Notes under the pieces: model-generated | Databases searched by the model: none | The model's input: only the letters and a program-made list of their open reading frames with translations | Told to the model about the DNA's origin: nothing | Part shown: one piece after another, positions 10,517 through 20,009 of the stretch | Position numbering within the stretch: the first letter of the stretch is position 1 | How the letters are laid out: each line of letters begins with the position of its first letter | Translations under genes and position numbers: made by a program | Source: Patescibacteria group bacterium | Lineage (GTDB): Bacteria > Patescibacteriota > JABMPQ01 > JAHIRA01 | Direction of reading: 5' to 3' | Assembly (NCBI GenBank): GCA_018818205.1 | Contig: JAHISJ010000023.1 | Span: forward strand, 10,600-74,599 | DNA length: 64,000 nt

Positions 10517-10970
10517 AGAGAGAACACTTATTTTGTGTAAACCCGATGCATTGCAGAGAAACCTGCTTGGTGCGGTTATTTCTCGTTTTGAGAGAAAAGG
10601 GTTAAAGCTTGTTGGGATCAAAATGGTTGGGTTAAGCGATACAGAACTTGACGAGCACTACGCTCATCTTAAAGATAAGCCATTTTTTGAAGGACTTAAA
10701 AAATACATGAAGCAAACGCCGGTTGTAGCCATGGTTCTTGAAGGCGAAGAATGTATTGATGCAGTGAGACTCATCACCGGCGCGACAAAAGGTGCTGAAG
10801 CGGATGCAGGAACCATTCGTGGTGATTTTGCTATGGCAACACCAGGGAACATTGTCCACGCTTCTGATTCAGTTGAGAATGCAAAGGAAGAGATCTATCG
10901 GTTCTTCAATGACGATGAGCTTTACGACTATGCAAAGATTGATGAGACATTCTTGTATTGGAAGGATTAG
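10509..10970 (+). CDS. ndk: Nucleoside diphosphate kinase
   Basis: ERTL..KPDA, GTIRGDF, N-x-VHASDS motifs. Confidence 0.97.
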   Translation: MDKERTLILCKPDALQRNLLGAVISRFERKGLKLVGIKMVGLSDTELDEHYAHLKDKPFFEGLKKYMKQTPVVAMVLEGEECIDAVRLITGATKGAEADAGTIRGDFAMATPGNIVHASDSVENAKEEIYRFFNDDELYDYAKIDETFLYWKD

Positions 10971-10986
10971 AGGGGTACAAATTTTA

Positions 10987-11019
10987 AAAAAGAAGGTGAA
11001 AGATGATTCACCTTTTTTT
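10987..11019 (+). terminator. Intrinsic terminator after ndk
   Basis: AAGGTGAA-agatga-TTCACCTT followed by a T run. Confidence 0.65.
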
Positions 11020-11020
11020 A

Positions 11021-11049
11021 TTGACCAAAAAATTGTTTTTCAGTACTAT
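11021..11049 (+). promoter_or_regulatory. sigma70-type promoter for orphan cassette
   Basis: TTGACC-17 nt-TACTAT. Confidence 0.6.
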
Positions 11050-11110
11050 TGATTTAGTTATTTGCACATTAGTTAGAATCAAAAGTACACAAATGAAAGA
11101 GGAGTCTCCA

Positions 11111-11452
11111 GTGGTAAAGAAGGAATTTGAGATGGCAGTGTTGGCGATGCAGCAATACTTCCTGGATTTGAAGGAAGATGTCGATGCTCTACAGGCGTTT
11201 GAGGATGAGCTTCAAGATCCTCCGGAAGAATGTACATGCGGAGGAAAAATGGAGTGTGATAGGTGCACGTGGAAACATGTAGCACCTATGCAGTGTGGCA
11301 TTTTGTACTTGCTCCTTGAGGATGTGCGAAATGGTGCTTTTGAAGAAGAGGAGGACTCTTTAAACGGTTTAGAAGAAGGGGAGATTGAATCTCCTTCAGG
11401 TGAGTTTGATGAACCTCCCATTCTGTTGGATTTAGACACTTTATTTCAGTAG
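11111..11452 (+). CDS. Small acidic hypothetical protein with Cys cluster (CxC-x5-CxxC)
   Basis: SD AGAGGAG 6 nt before GTG 11111 (alternative ATG 11093); has its own promoter and terminator. Confidence 0.6.
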   Translation: MVKKEFEMAVLAMQQYFLDLKEDVDALQAFEDELQDPPEECTCGGKMECDRCTWKHVAPMQCGILYLLLEDVRNGAFEEEEDSLNGLEEGEIESPSGEFDEPPILLDLDTLFQ

Positions 11453-11474
11453 ACGCATACATTTATATTTTAAT

Positions 11475-11504
11475 GAGCACAGGATTCCTCTTGATGCTCT
11501 TTTT
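11475..11504 (+). terminator. Imperfect intrinsic terminator
   Basis: GAGCA..AGGA/TCTT..TGCTC followed by TTTTT. Confidence 0.4.
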
Positions 11505-11545
11505 GTTATTGAAAAAATAAAAAGCATATGAGAAAGTAACATACA

Positions 11546-11621
11546 CGGGCTGTGGCGCAGTTGGTAGCGCGCACGCATGGGGTGCGTGAGGTCGTCGGTT
11601 CAAATCCGGTCAGCCCGACCA
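11546..11621 (+). tRNA. tRNA-Pro(GGG), CCA encoded
   Basis: Acceptor CGGGCTG/CAGCCCG, D arm GCGC/GCGC, anticodon arm CACGC-ATGGGGT-GCGTG, TTCAAAT loop, ACCA end. Confidence 0.95.
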
Positions 11622-11708
11622 TGTACCAGAATAGGAATTTTCGTACATGGCAGGGCCATTTTATTTATAATCTCAAACCCTGTACCGAATTCCTATCCTG
11701 GTACAGGG
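11619..11708. repeat. Inverted pair of REP-like palindromes after tRNA-Pro
   Basis: CCATGTACcagaataggaattttcGTACATGG (11619-11650) and CCCTGTACCgaattcctatcctGGTACAGGG (11678-11708); the second is approximately the reverse complement of the first. Confidence 0.7.
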
Positions 11709-11826
11709 TGGGGCGCCGGTTTTCAATTTTTTATGAAGCAAAAAAGCCCTTGCAAAGCTGAACCAACGCTTATACACTGACGGTGAAGCGAGAACGGTGA
11801 ATTCTGCAAAAAATTAACGTAAGCAT

Positions 11827-12213
11827 ATGAGTAAGACTCCCCATAATACAAAAAAGATTTTGATTGTTGAGGATGAGATTTTTCTCTTAGACATTTTAGA
11901 AAAAAGACTCGAGCAAAAAGGCTTCACAGTGCTTAAAGCAGATGATGGTGAAAAAGGGCTTGAGTTTGCGTTACGTGAGCATCCGGACTTAATCCTCCTT
12001 GATATACTTATGCCTAAAATGGATGGTCTCGAGATGACAAAGAAACTACGAGAAGATGCATGGGGAAAAAATGCGCATGTAGTTGTACTTTCAAACTTAA
12101 ATGAAACAGGAACGAGAAGAGAGTTTGAGGAGCTTGGTATAGATGAATACTATGTGAAGTCTGATTGGAAACTGGAAGATATTGGGAAAAAGGCTGAGCA
12201 GTGGCTTGCCTAG
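11827..12213 (+). CDS. Stand-alone response regulator receiver domain
   Basis: ILIVEDE, PDLILLDILMPKMDG, VLSN and conserved K; promoter TTGCAA-17-TACACT at 11750-11778. Confidence 0.92.
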   Translation: MSKTPHNTKKILIVEDEIFLLDILEKRLEQKGFTVLKADDGEKGLEFALREHPDLILLDILMPKMDGLEMTKKLREDAWGKNAHVVVLSNLNETGTRREFEELGIDEYYVKSDWKLEDIGKKAEQWLA

Positions 12214-12236
12214 AGTTTGTATGTTTTTCGTATCAT

Positions 12237-12260
12237 AAAGCTGGACTATCCGGCTTTTTG
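12237..12260 (+). terminator. Intrinsic terminator
   Basis: AAAGCTGGA-cta-TCCGGCTTTTT. Confidence 0.55.
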
Positions 12261-12299
12261 TTTGAATCTAATACAATAATACGATAGAGTAATAATTGA

Positions 12300-12371
12300 C
12301 GGGATATAGCGCAGTGGTAGCGCGCATCGTTCGGGACGATGAGGTCGCCGGTTCAAATCCGGCTATCCCGA
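12300..12371 (+). tRNA. tRNA-Pro(CGG), CCA not encoded
   Basis: Acceptor CGGGATA/TATCCCG, anticodon arm CATCG-TTCGGGA-CGATG, T arm GCCGG-TTCAAAT-CCGGC. Confidence 0.95.
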
Positions 12372-12520
12372 TTAGTTAACGATAATAGTCTGTCTATCCA
12401 AGAAAAAAAACAGTTATGCGAGCTCCTTGATAGCGGTGTATTTCCTGAAAACGTTAGAGACCTATGTACATTGTATGTGTAGGTCTTTTTTGTTTATATT
12501 CATATCTTCTTTATGAAAAT

Positions 12521-12554
12521 AAAAAAGCCCCGAGAATTTCAAAGAATTCAGGGG
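12521..12554 (-). terminator. Terminator of the antisense two-gene cassette
   Basis: Minus strand CCCCTGAATTC-ttt-GAAATTCTCGGGGC followed by TTTTTT. Confidence 0.55.
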
Positions 12555-12587
12555 ACCAAGAACCTAAGAATCAAAAAAAACCTAGAA

Positions 12588-13088
12588 TCAAAATGGCACT
12601 TTTGAAGCAATCGCTTGCTTTGGGACAATCGAATGGTGAAAGAAGCATGAATTTTTTTTCTTATCTTCGAATGGTACTGTTTCTATTGTTATATGTTGAT
12701 TTGCTTGCAAGAATGTGTTAGCTATCATAAAGTGTTGTTGGGCTGAAGTAAATAAAAATGAGTACTCTCTTTCACAATTTACTGGGAAAAGTAGGGGTAG
12801 ATAGTTGTATAAAAATCGTAAAATCTGTGCTTGAGTTAAACAAAGCTTATCAAGATCCTCTTTGAAGCAGCTAAATCTAGTTGATTCATACCAGAAAATG
12901 CGTTCTAAGTAACAGACACAAACCTCAACTTCTAGTGTGTCTGGTACAAGGAATGAGAATAAAGGGTTTAATCTTCTATTAGGAAATAATCTCAAAAATA
13001 GGTTATGCACTGACACGTCCTTGCAAGCTGGTATGATAAATGGCTCTTTTGACGAGTCCCATATAATTGGAGTGGTAGTATCCTTCAT
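12588..13088 (-). CDS. Hypothetical protein (SD-led orphan)
   Basis: 166 aa; AAGGAG 5 nt before ATG; ATGA overlap with the upstream gene. Confidence 0.65.
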   Translation of the reverse strand: MKDTTTPIIWDSSKEPFIIPACKDVSVHNLFLRLFPNRRLNPLFSFLVPDTLEVEVCVCYLERIFWYESTRFSCFKEDLDKLCLTQAQILRFLYNYLPLLFPVNCEREYSFLFTSAQQHFMIANTFLQANQHITIETVPFEDKKKNSCFFHHSIVPKQAIASKVPF

Positions 13089-13408
13089 GTTCTCTCCTTT
13101 GCACTTATTCTGTTAAAAACGTCATGTGTTGCATTTAATGTTCCCCACTGTTCATCGTGAATCATGAGAACAATACTCACGTCGAATGGCTTATCTGACG
13201 TGAGTCTAATACGCCGACGCGTTAAGGTATGTGGTCCATTAAAACATTGCTGCTCTCTGCACGTGATAGCTTCTTCACTAAGAACTTCTCTTTGTGCATT
13301 TCCGTGCACATAGTAAGAAATTTCAGCAAGCAGAGATATGATTCCTTTTTTATCATGAAAAAAAGCTTCACACACTTCTAAAATGTAGCTTAGTACCACT
13401 GTTTTCAC
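13085..13408 (-). CDS. Hypothetical protein (SD-led orphan)
   Basis: GAGGAGG-aaagt-GTG places the start at 13408 rather than 13432. Confidence 0.6.
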   Translation of the reverse strand: MKTVVLSYILEVCEAFFHDKKGIISLLAEISYYVHGNAQREVLSEEAITCREQQCFNGPHTLTRRRIRLTSDKPFDVSIVLMIHDEQWGTLNATHDVFNRISAKERT

Positions 13409-13550
13409 ACTTTCCTCCTCATAGAAGATCAAACACTTCGGCTTGCAATTTAACCATGTATTCTATGAAGGTACAAGAGATTATTACTGTCATCCAAAAG
13501 TAATCGTATAAAGGTATGCTATAATAACTCAAAGTAAATAACAAAAAAAT

Positions 13551-14114
13551 ATGGAAGAAAAAGTATCACTTGTTCTCATGTTGGGAACAAACAGACAAGA
13601 CAGCGAGAGTACCAAAGTAGCACAATTTCTCCTTAAAGAGCTTAAAAAAAGGGATGAAATAGAAACAACGTTTCTTGATCTCCATGACGTATCTATTCCA
13701 CAAGATAACTACGGGCAAGATTTAAAGGAGCATCTTAAGGAATATAAAGAGGCGATTACACAAGCAGATGGACTCATTATTGTGGTGCCAGAGTACAATC
13801 ACGGGTATCCGGGGATATTAAAATCGGTACTTGATTCACTATACCCTGAGTATGAGCGTAAGGCTGCTGGTCTTGTGGGCGTCTCAGCAGGCCCCTGGGG
13901 TGGAACACGGGTTATAGAAAACCTAATCCCTGTCCTCAAAATGCTCGGACTGGTGGTAACAGCTTCAGATCTTCAATTCCCCAATGTTAAGAATCTCTTT
14001 GATGAAGACGGTGATATTGTTGGCAAACAATATAACGAGCACACGGAGAAATTCATAGATACCGTTGTCTGGTTGAGTAAAACGTTAAAATGGGGACGAG
14101 AGAATCTTGATTAA
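13551..14114 (+). CDS. NADPH-dependent FMN reductase family
   Basis: GTNR-x2-S, ADGLIIVVPEYNHGYPG-x-LK, S-x-GPWGG motifs; TGcTATAAT at 13517-13525. Confidence 0.92.
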   Translation: MEEKVSLVLMLGTNRQDSESTKVAQFLLKELKKRDEIETTFLDLHDVSIPQDNYGQDLKEHLKEYKEAITQADGLIIVVPEYNHGYPGILKSVLDSLYPEYERKAAGLVGVSAGPWGGTRVIENLIPVLKMLGLVVTASDLQFPNVKNLFDEDGDIVGKQYNEHTEKFIDTVVWLSKTLKWGRENLD

Positions 14115-14166
14115 GCATTGCACGTGTGATACTATGTAATCCTGATTACTGAATAATACAATTTTT

Positions 14167-14799
14167 GTGCCGATTAATTTCCTTTTTTCACAACCGATTC
14201 TTTTTGTCGCATGGGCAGTAGCTCTGGTTATTGCTATTTCGTTTCATGAATTTTCTCATGCTCTTGCAGCGTATCTTCTGGGTGATATTACCGCAAAAGA
14301 AGAAGGAAGACTCACATTAAATCCAGCGGCCCATTTGAGCTTATGGGGCACCGTTATGCTTTTTTTAGCAGGATTTGGGTGGGGAAAGCCAGTGCCATTT
14401 AATCCATACAATCTCAAGCATCAGCGTTTGGGTCCAGTTATCATTGCACTTGCAGGACCACTCTCAAATCTACTCCTTATCGTTGTATTTGGACTCTTTT
14501 TTAAGTTTGTGTTTCCATTGTTTGGTCTTGATAAGGGCAATGCTTTATACTCTTTTCTAATGATTTTTTTGGTGTCAAACGCAATACTATTGCTTTTCAA
14601 CTTACTTCCCATTCCTCCCCTTGATGGCTCTAAACTACTTTTTGCAGTCATGCCTGACTCTTGGACCCCAGTAAAGGCTTTTCTTCAACAGTACGGCTTT
14701 TTTATTCTTATCGGGTTTATTCTTGTAGGATCACCTTTTCTTTGGGAGCTATTAGAGCTGTTTCAAAGATATTTCTTATCTTTATTTATCCCTTTTTAG
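14167..14799 (+). CDS. Site-2 protease (peptidase M50) family
   Basis: HEFSH, GRLTLNP, GWGKPVP, AGPLSN and FNLLPIPPLDGS motifs. Confidence 0.93.
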   Translation: MPINFLFSQPILFVAWAVALVIAISFHEFSHALAAYLLGDITAKEEGRLTLNPAAHLSLWGTVMLFLAGFGWGKPVPFNPYNLKHQRLGPVIIALAGPLSNLLLIVVFGLFFKFVFPLFGLDKGNALYSFLMIFLVSNAILLLFNLLPIPPLDGSKLLFAVMPDSWTPVKAFLQQYGFFILIGFILVGSPFLWELLELFQRYFLSLFIPF

Positions 14800-14907
14800 T
14801 AATACTGCGATTATTCCTTGACGCGAGTAATAATTCCTGCAATACTTATCTTGTTATACATATCAAGAGACGTATAATTAATTTTCGTATAGTGTAAGTT
14901 ATTTTTT

Positions 14908-15333
14908 ATGCCTACGGTTAACCAACTGGTCAGAAAGAAGAGAAAGCAAGTAACCAAAAAGTCAAAAGCACCTGCACTTCAGAAGGTGTATAATAGTGTT
15001 ACTAAGCGATCAAAAACCCTTCCAAAGGGTAGCGCTTTTAAGCGTGGTGTCTGTGTTAAGGTTACGACGACAACGCCAAAAAAACCTAACTCAGCGCTCC
15101 GTAAAATTGCTCGTGTGCGGTTAACAAACGGTATTGAGGTGACTGCCTATATTCCGGGTGAAGGTCATAATCTACAGGAGCATTCAATCGTATTAATACG
15201 TGGTGGAAGAGTCAAAGATCTTCCTGGAGTGAAGTATCACATTGTGAGAGGTCCTCTTGATGCAGCAGGTGTAGACAACAGAAGGCAAGGACGCAGCAAA
15301 TACGGGGCAAAAATGCCCACCGGTAAAAAATAA
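14908..15333 (+). CDS. rpsL: 30S ribosomal protein S12
   Basis: [29 protein letters not shown]. Confidence 0.99.
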   Translation: MPTVNQLVRKKRKQVTKKSKAPALQKVYNSVTKRSKTLPKGSAFKRGVCVKVTTTTPKKPNSALRKIARVRLTNGIEVTAYIPGEGHNLQEHSIVLIRGGRVKDLPGVKYHIVRGPLDAAGVDNRRQGRSKYGAKMPTGKK

Positions 15334-15350
15334 TAATTGTACTTAGAACT

Positions 15351-15821
15351 ATGTCAAGACGAGCAAGAGCGCCAAAGAAAAAAAGGATTCCAGATTACAA
15401 GTTTAAGAATGAACTTGTGGCAAAGTTTATCAACCACATCATGAAGGATGGTAAAAAAGGTGCAGCAGAGCGCGTGGTGTATGGATCTTTTGATATTATT
15501 TCAGAAAAAGCAAAAAAGGAACCTGTTGAGGTTTTTGATCAAGCATTAAGAAACGTCGGTCCGTCACTCGAAGTCAAGGGTAGAAGAATTGGTGGTGCAA
15601 ACTATCAAATTCCTTATGAAGTTCATGGCGACAGGCGAGACACGCTTGCTATGCGCTGGATTATTGAAGCGTGTAGAAGAAAAAAAGGTAAGCCTATGGC
15701 TGAGTTTCTTGCAACTGAACTGATCGATGCTTCTGAAAAGCAAGGTTCAGCATACAAAAAACGTGAAGATGTACAGAGAATGGCAGAAGCAAATAAAGCG
15801 TTTGCTCATTTTGCGAGATAA
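15351..15821 (+). CDS. rpsG: 30S ribosomal protein S7
   Basis: RRIGGANYQ, MAEANKAFAHF. Confidence 0.99.
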   Translation: MSRRARAPKKKRIPDYKFKNELVAKFINHIMKDGKKGAAERVVYGSFDIISEKAKKEPVEVFDQALRNVGPSLEVKGRRIGGANYQIPYEVHGDRRDTLAMRWIIEACRRKKGKPMAEFLATELIDASEKQGSAYKKREDVQRMAEANKAFAHFAR

Positions 15822-15839
15822 AAGTACAAATAAAATAGT

Positions 15840-16202
15840 ATGGAAAAGAGCTTAGTAAGATTTTTAGTAATGGTAGTAGCCATTGCTTTTTGTATTAGTG
15901 GTACCACTGTACATGCACAAGATGATACACTCGCAGGGCTTCTCGCTGTTGGTGGAATCAGCCTTGTATCAATCATATGGATGCTGTGGATGGGGTTTGT
16001 ATTTTTGATGATGCTTGTAAATATTGCAGGAATGGTTTTTTGGATTTTTATGATTATAGACGCGGCAAAAAGAAAGTATAAAACAGAAAATGACCAGTTA
16101 CTGTGGATTCTTGTGGTGGTACTCACTGGGTGGATAGGTGCGCTCATCTATTACTTTATGGTCAAAAGAAAAGAAGATAAGCTCAATGAAGACAACAAGT
16201 AG
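15840..16202 (+). CDS. Membrane protein with PLDc N-terminal (PLD nuclease N-term)-like domain
   Basis: Signal-like N-terminus; FWIFMIIDAA...LWILVVVLTGWIGALIYY pattern. Confidence 0.7.
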   Translation: MEKSLVRFLVMVVAIAFCISGTTVHAQDDTLAGLLAVGGISLVSIIWMLWMGFVFLMMLVNIAGMVFWIFMIIDAAKRKYKTENDQLLWILVVVLTGWIGALIYYFMVKRKEDKLNEDNK

Positions 16203-17397
16203 AGACACAAAAAATATATTCATTGTTTTTGCCCTTCTTTTGGTAGTTGGTCTCTCAACTACCTTTTATTTTGTATGGAGAAATAATAAAATCGACTCAT
16301 ATACAGAGCCGCAAGATATGGTAGAGATTGACAATATCAACATCGTTCCTGAAAGCTCACAAGGTAAGATTGGTGACTATCTTCCGACGCCAACTAAAGT
16401 ATTCATTAAAGAAGATCAATATATATTCCTCGGTACGATAAACGGAGAAACATATATTCAACTTCAAAAAAGAAAAAACGATGAGTTTGATATGAGTATA
16501 CTCATCCAAGATCCAAATATAACTAGTGCCGTCATTGACACATCAGATGAACACATATTGTATACAACCAGTAAATCAGAGAACAACCTAAGTGGAGGGC
16601 TTTACAATGTAACGCTCAAAACGCAAAAAAAAGAACTTATTGCTGAAAACGTAGCAGGCGTTCAAACATACAGTGATGCTTCATTTTCTAAAGATGGAAA
16701 CAGTCTTGCAGCATTGCAAGAAAAAGAAGGGACAAAAGAACTGGTATTGTATGATGTGAACAAAAAAGTGTTTCAACGAGTAAAGCATTCAGATGAGTTG
16801 CCACTTACGGTTTCTCAGTATGAGTGGCTTCTGGATAATAGTATTCTTTTAGTTGGATACGAGGATGAGAAGGGGAAAGTATACAGGCTACATGATGCAA
16901 GCAGCGATGGGTTTGCTGAAGAACTTTCCTTCAACCAGTTTTTTGCTGAAAACGAAACGCCGCTTCTTGCTAAGCAATCAGCAGATGGTGAGAAAATTGC
17001 AGTGCTGTTTGAGCGAGTAATAGATGAAAATAAAAAGGAGCTCGGGCTCGCCGTTTTTAGAGGTGATTCGTTTATGGAGAGGAAGGATATAGAGCTTCCT
17101 GAGGGAAAGCATGTTGAGTATGCATGGGGAGATGGTGCGGAGCTCTACGCAACACTGGGAACTGATTTTTACAAAATAGATACTACTGCTGAGGAGCTTG
17201 CATTGTCAGAGAAACCACTTGTAGAAAATAGGGGATACCTCTATGCAATTCTAGATGATGTATTTGTATTTAGAAAAACATATCAGTTTGAAGATGATAC
17301 CTTGACAAAACTCATCTTTTATGATAAACTGAGGGAAGATGAAGCAGCATATGAGACTGAATTCAATTCATATATTACCCTTTTAGATATAACCTAA
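16186..17397 (+). CDS. Membrane-anchored TolB/WD40-like beta-propeller protein
   Basis: N-terminal TM; repeated FSKDGNSLA, SADGEKIAV and W-x2-D blades; ATG 16186. Confidence 0.6.
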   Translation: MKTTSRDTKNIFIVFALLLVVGLSTTFYFVWRNNKIDSYTEPQDMVEIDNINIVPESSQGKIGDYLPTPTKVFIKEDQYIFLGTINGETYIQLQKRKNDEFDMSILIQDPNITSAVIDTSDEHILYTTSKSENNLSGGLYNVTLKTQKKELIAENVAGVQTYSDASFSKDGNSLAALQEKEGTKELVLYDVNKKVFQRVKHSDELPLTVSQYEWLLDNSILLVGYEDEKGKVYRLHDASSDGFAEELSFNQFFAENETPLLAKQSADGEKIAVLFERVIDENKKELGLAVFRGDSFMERKDIELPEGKHVEYAWGDGAELYATLGTDFYKIDTTAEELALSEKPLVENRGYLYAILDDVFVFRKTYQFEDDTLTKLIFYDKLREDEAAYETEFNSYITLLDIT

Positions 17398-17402
17398 AAA
17401 TT

Positions 17403-19400
17403 ATGCAAGAGTTACAACAGCAACCCCCAAGTTCTGAGCGTGAACAGCCAATCGATCCTGAGGATGATTTTGAAGAGCTCACGGTAGAAGACGTGCTCCC
17501 GGATATGTCCTCTGAAGCGGGTGCTGCAATTTTTATGGAAGAATTAAAACAAAGAATCGAGGAGGATGAATATGAAGCGGCAAAGCTTATCGAGGAAGCC
17601 ATGGCTGGTATTAATGAGGGGTACAGTCCAGATGACCCTGGGAAAAGTGAGAGACCGCTTAAAGAAGTATATGATGAGTACACAAAACTACAAAAGGCTT
17701 TAAAAGAAGCGGGAGTGTCCGTGGAACTTGATTTTGATTCAGGAGGTGAAGATCGAGCACGTGCCAACATTCTTCCTTCTCTTGCACGTACAATAAACGT
17801 TGAACTGGGAAGTTTAGAGATATATCTGGAAGAAGAAGCAACTATGGATTTTAAACAATTCCAGGAAGATTTTGTTCCTTTAATGCAAGAATCTAATACT
17901 CTTCGTGCAGAGGGTGAGAAGGCAAGGCCGGATCAAGTTAAATCGTTTATTAACAAAACAAAAGCAAAATATACTCAGTGGAGAAACGCAGTAAACAGCA
18001 TGCCGGAAGGACAAAAACGTGGCGAGCTTCTTATGGAAATTGGCCATTTAAACTCGCTGGCTCAAGAAATGGAGATGTTTGCAGATTCACTCGTGGTTTT
18101 GGAAGAAACAGATGTTGACAATCAGCGTTCTGCCGGTAAACAAGAAGGTCAGAGAGATATTGGAGCTGAACAAGAAAGAAATAAAGCGCTTGTAGATCGT
18201 CAAAAGAATATTGCTGGAGGTATCGTTGAAACTGTGCAACAGATTGAAAGGCTGGAAGATGTTATTAAAATCGAAGAAGAAAAAGAAAATCCTGACAAAA
18301 CGCATTTGACTACTTTGCGTGGCGATCTTCGTATTCAACAAATTAGGATGAGTCAGGGTGAGCAGCAAATGTTCAATGCAGAGTTCGATTTTGCGTCAGA
18401 AGATGATAAAGAAAATTTGCGAGAAGATCTCAAAGAAGAGCTTGCAGAACAAGTGGATCTGTCGCGTGAGATTTTTCATAATGCACTTATTGTTACCGGA
18501 GATAAGAAAAATTTTTCAACTAAAGAACTGAGTAAACATATTGCGGTTCTTTCTGAATCAGTAAACGCGTTAAATCATGATGAGTCTCGTCTAAATATTC
18601 GTGGGATGGTCACGGTAGATAAAAAGAATACGGCGCAAATTCTTAAAGCAGAGCGAGAAATACAGCGTATGGCTATGCAGCTTGAGGAACGATTGAATCT
18701 TAGAGAAGAGAACAAAAAGCTTTTGGAAAGAGAGGAGGAACTCATTCCAAAAGAATACAAAGAACAACAGCTCGCGGAAGTGATAGATCTGTCAGAAAGG
18801 ATAGAACAAAAGGTGAGAGATACATATGGTGAAGATGAACGATTAGATTCACTGATACGGCATGAGATCAACAAGATAGATATGGATGCGCATTTTAAGT
18901 CAAAGGAATTGGAAAAAGAGGTTGCTGTGCTACAAGCGGAATTTCAAAAATATGAAGATTTTATGGAAGATGGAGACATTAAGCTTGATATGAACAATTT
19001 ATTTTCAAACAATACATTCACAGCAACTCGTGAAAGGATTAGGTTTTGGAGGAAGATTGGAAAATTAGAACCAGAACCAGAAACTGAAAGTAAAGCTGTT
19101 GAGAAAACAGAGGAAACAGCGCCAGAGACTGAAAGTGATGTTGGCGAGGAAACCGAGGAAACAATATCAGAAACTGAAAGTGAGGTTGGTGAGGAAACCG
19201 AGGAAACAGCGCCAGAACCTGAAAGTTACAGAGAGTTTTCTGGCCTATCTGTAGATGAATTTGCCACTCGTTTAATTGCTGCTGAAAGTGAAATGTACGC
19301 AAAAAAAACTGAGCTCGAAAAACTCAATCTAGCGCGCGATTTCTGGAAAATACAGTATAGAGGAGTGGGTGATAGAAGAAAGACGAAAAAAGCCGCATAA
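17403..19400 (+). CDS. Large acidic helical/coiled-coil hypothetical protein
   Basis: 665-aa ORF, Glu-rich, no signal peptide or TM. Confidence 0.8.
   Translation: MQELQQQPPSSEREQPIDPEDDFEELTVEDVLPDMSSEAGAAIFMEELKQRIEEDEYEAAKLIEEAMAGINEGYSPDDPGKSERPLKEVYDEYTKLQKALKEAGVSVELDFDSGGEDRARANILPSLARTINVELGSLEIYLEEEATMDFKQFQEDFVPLMQESNTLRAEGEKARPDQVKSFINKTKAKYTQWRNAVNSMPEGQKRGELLMEIGHLNSLAQEMEMFADSLVVLEETDVDNQRSAGKQEGQRDIGAEQERNKALVDRQKNIAGGIVETVQQIERLEDVIKIEEEKENPDKTHLTTLRGDLRIQQIRMSQGEQQMFNAEFDFASEDDKENLREDLKEELAEQVDLSREIFHNALIVTGDKKNFSTKELSKHIAVLSESVNALNHDESRLNIRGMVTVDKKNTAQILKAEREIQRMAMQLEERLNLREENKKLLEREEELIPKEYKEQQLAEVIDLSERIEQKVRDTYGEDERLDSLIRHEINKIDMDAHFKSKELEKEVAVLQAEFQKYEDFMEDGDIKLDMNNLFSNNTFTATRERIRFWRKIGKLEPEPETESKAVEKTEETAPETESDVGEETEETISETESEVGEETEETAPEPESYREFSGLSVDEFATRLIAAESEMYAKKTELEKLNLARDFWKIQYRGVGDRRKTKKAA
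19077..19226 (+). repeat. In-frame 45-bp tandem repeat (about 3.3 copies)
   Basis: Units start at 19077, 19122, 19167 and 19212 and encode PETESxxxExTEETx. Confidence 0.85.
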
Positions 19401-19403
19401 AAC

Positions 19404-19437
19404 AAAAAAGCAGAGTTATTGTTTAAACATCTCTGCT
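19404..19437 (-). terminator. Terminator overlapping the stop of the antisense gene
   Basis: Minus strand AGCAGAG-loop-CTCTGCT followed by TTTTTGTTTT. Confidence 0.6.
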
Positions 19438-19886
19438 ATAAGTTCTTGGTCAGCACCTTCTTTAACAAAAAATGGTCCAATGCGTTCTAATGTGCCATTG
19501 CGTAAGGTCCTTAACAAGTATATAAATTGTTTCCAATTACCGTGAAGTATAATGATTATTCCTCCTTTTCCATCTGATTCACGTTCGCAAATAAGATGTA
19601 ATGCCTGATCAGCTCTTGGGATAATATCAACACAATTACTAATACTTCTTGGTGACACAGCACCCATAACTGCTTGTAAGTGGAGAACCCCATTTTCAAA
19701 GTCTTCTATGACTATGAAATGGTTCCAGAAGAGATGATCATTTTTTTCAATTCTTATACGTTCCAATGTGTGGTCTTCGGGGGTTGAATTATCTTTCATC
19801 ATGAAGATGTAGTCGCAGATGAAGAAGCCAATGGCAGTACCAATTTTTTTAATGAGTGTATTAATATGATTGAAAAACTTTTTCAT
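19416..19886 (-). CDS. Hypothetical protein (SD-led antisense orphan)
   Basis: GGGAGG 4 nt before ATG 19886; 156 aa; has its own promoter and terminator. Confidence 0.7.
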   Translation of the reverse strand: MKKFFNHINTLIKKIGTAIGFFICDYIFMMKDNSTPEDHTLERIRIEKNDHLFWNHFIVIEDFENGVLHLQAVMGAVSPRSISNCVDIIPRADQALHLICERESDGKGGIIIILHGNWKQFIYLLRTLRNGTLERIGPFFVKEGADQELIAEMFKQ

Positions 19887-19922
19887 TTTTCCTCCCAAAA
19901 AATGTGTACATTGTAACAATCG

Positions 19923-19951
19923 ATTATACCCCAAAATATTCGCACGGTCAA
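19923..19951 (-). promoter_or_regulatory. Near-consensus sigma70 promoter
   Basis: Minus strand TTGACC-17 nt-TATAAT. Confidence 0.75.
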
Positions 19952-20009
19952 TAGTTCCTCTCTATCCAAAAGAATGGTACAATGACGTTATAACATAGTT
20001 TCAAAAAAT

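Noticed and set aside
12464-12721. 85-aa plus-strand ORF after tRNA-Pro(CGG)
   Set aside because: It overlaps the minus-strand gene and its terminator, has low complexity and has no supporting signals.
11546-13440. Integrated prophage or ICE at the tRNA-Pro genes
   Set aside because: The two tRNAs are complete, different isoacceptors; no integrase or att duplication is visible.
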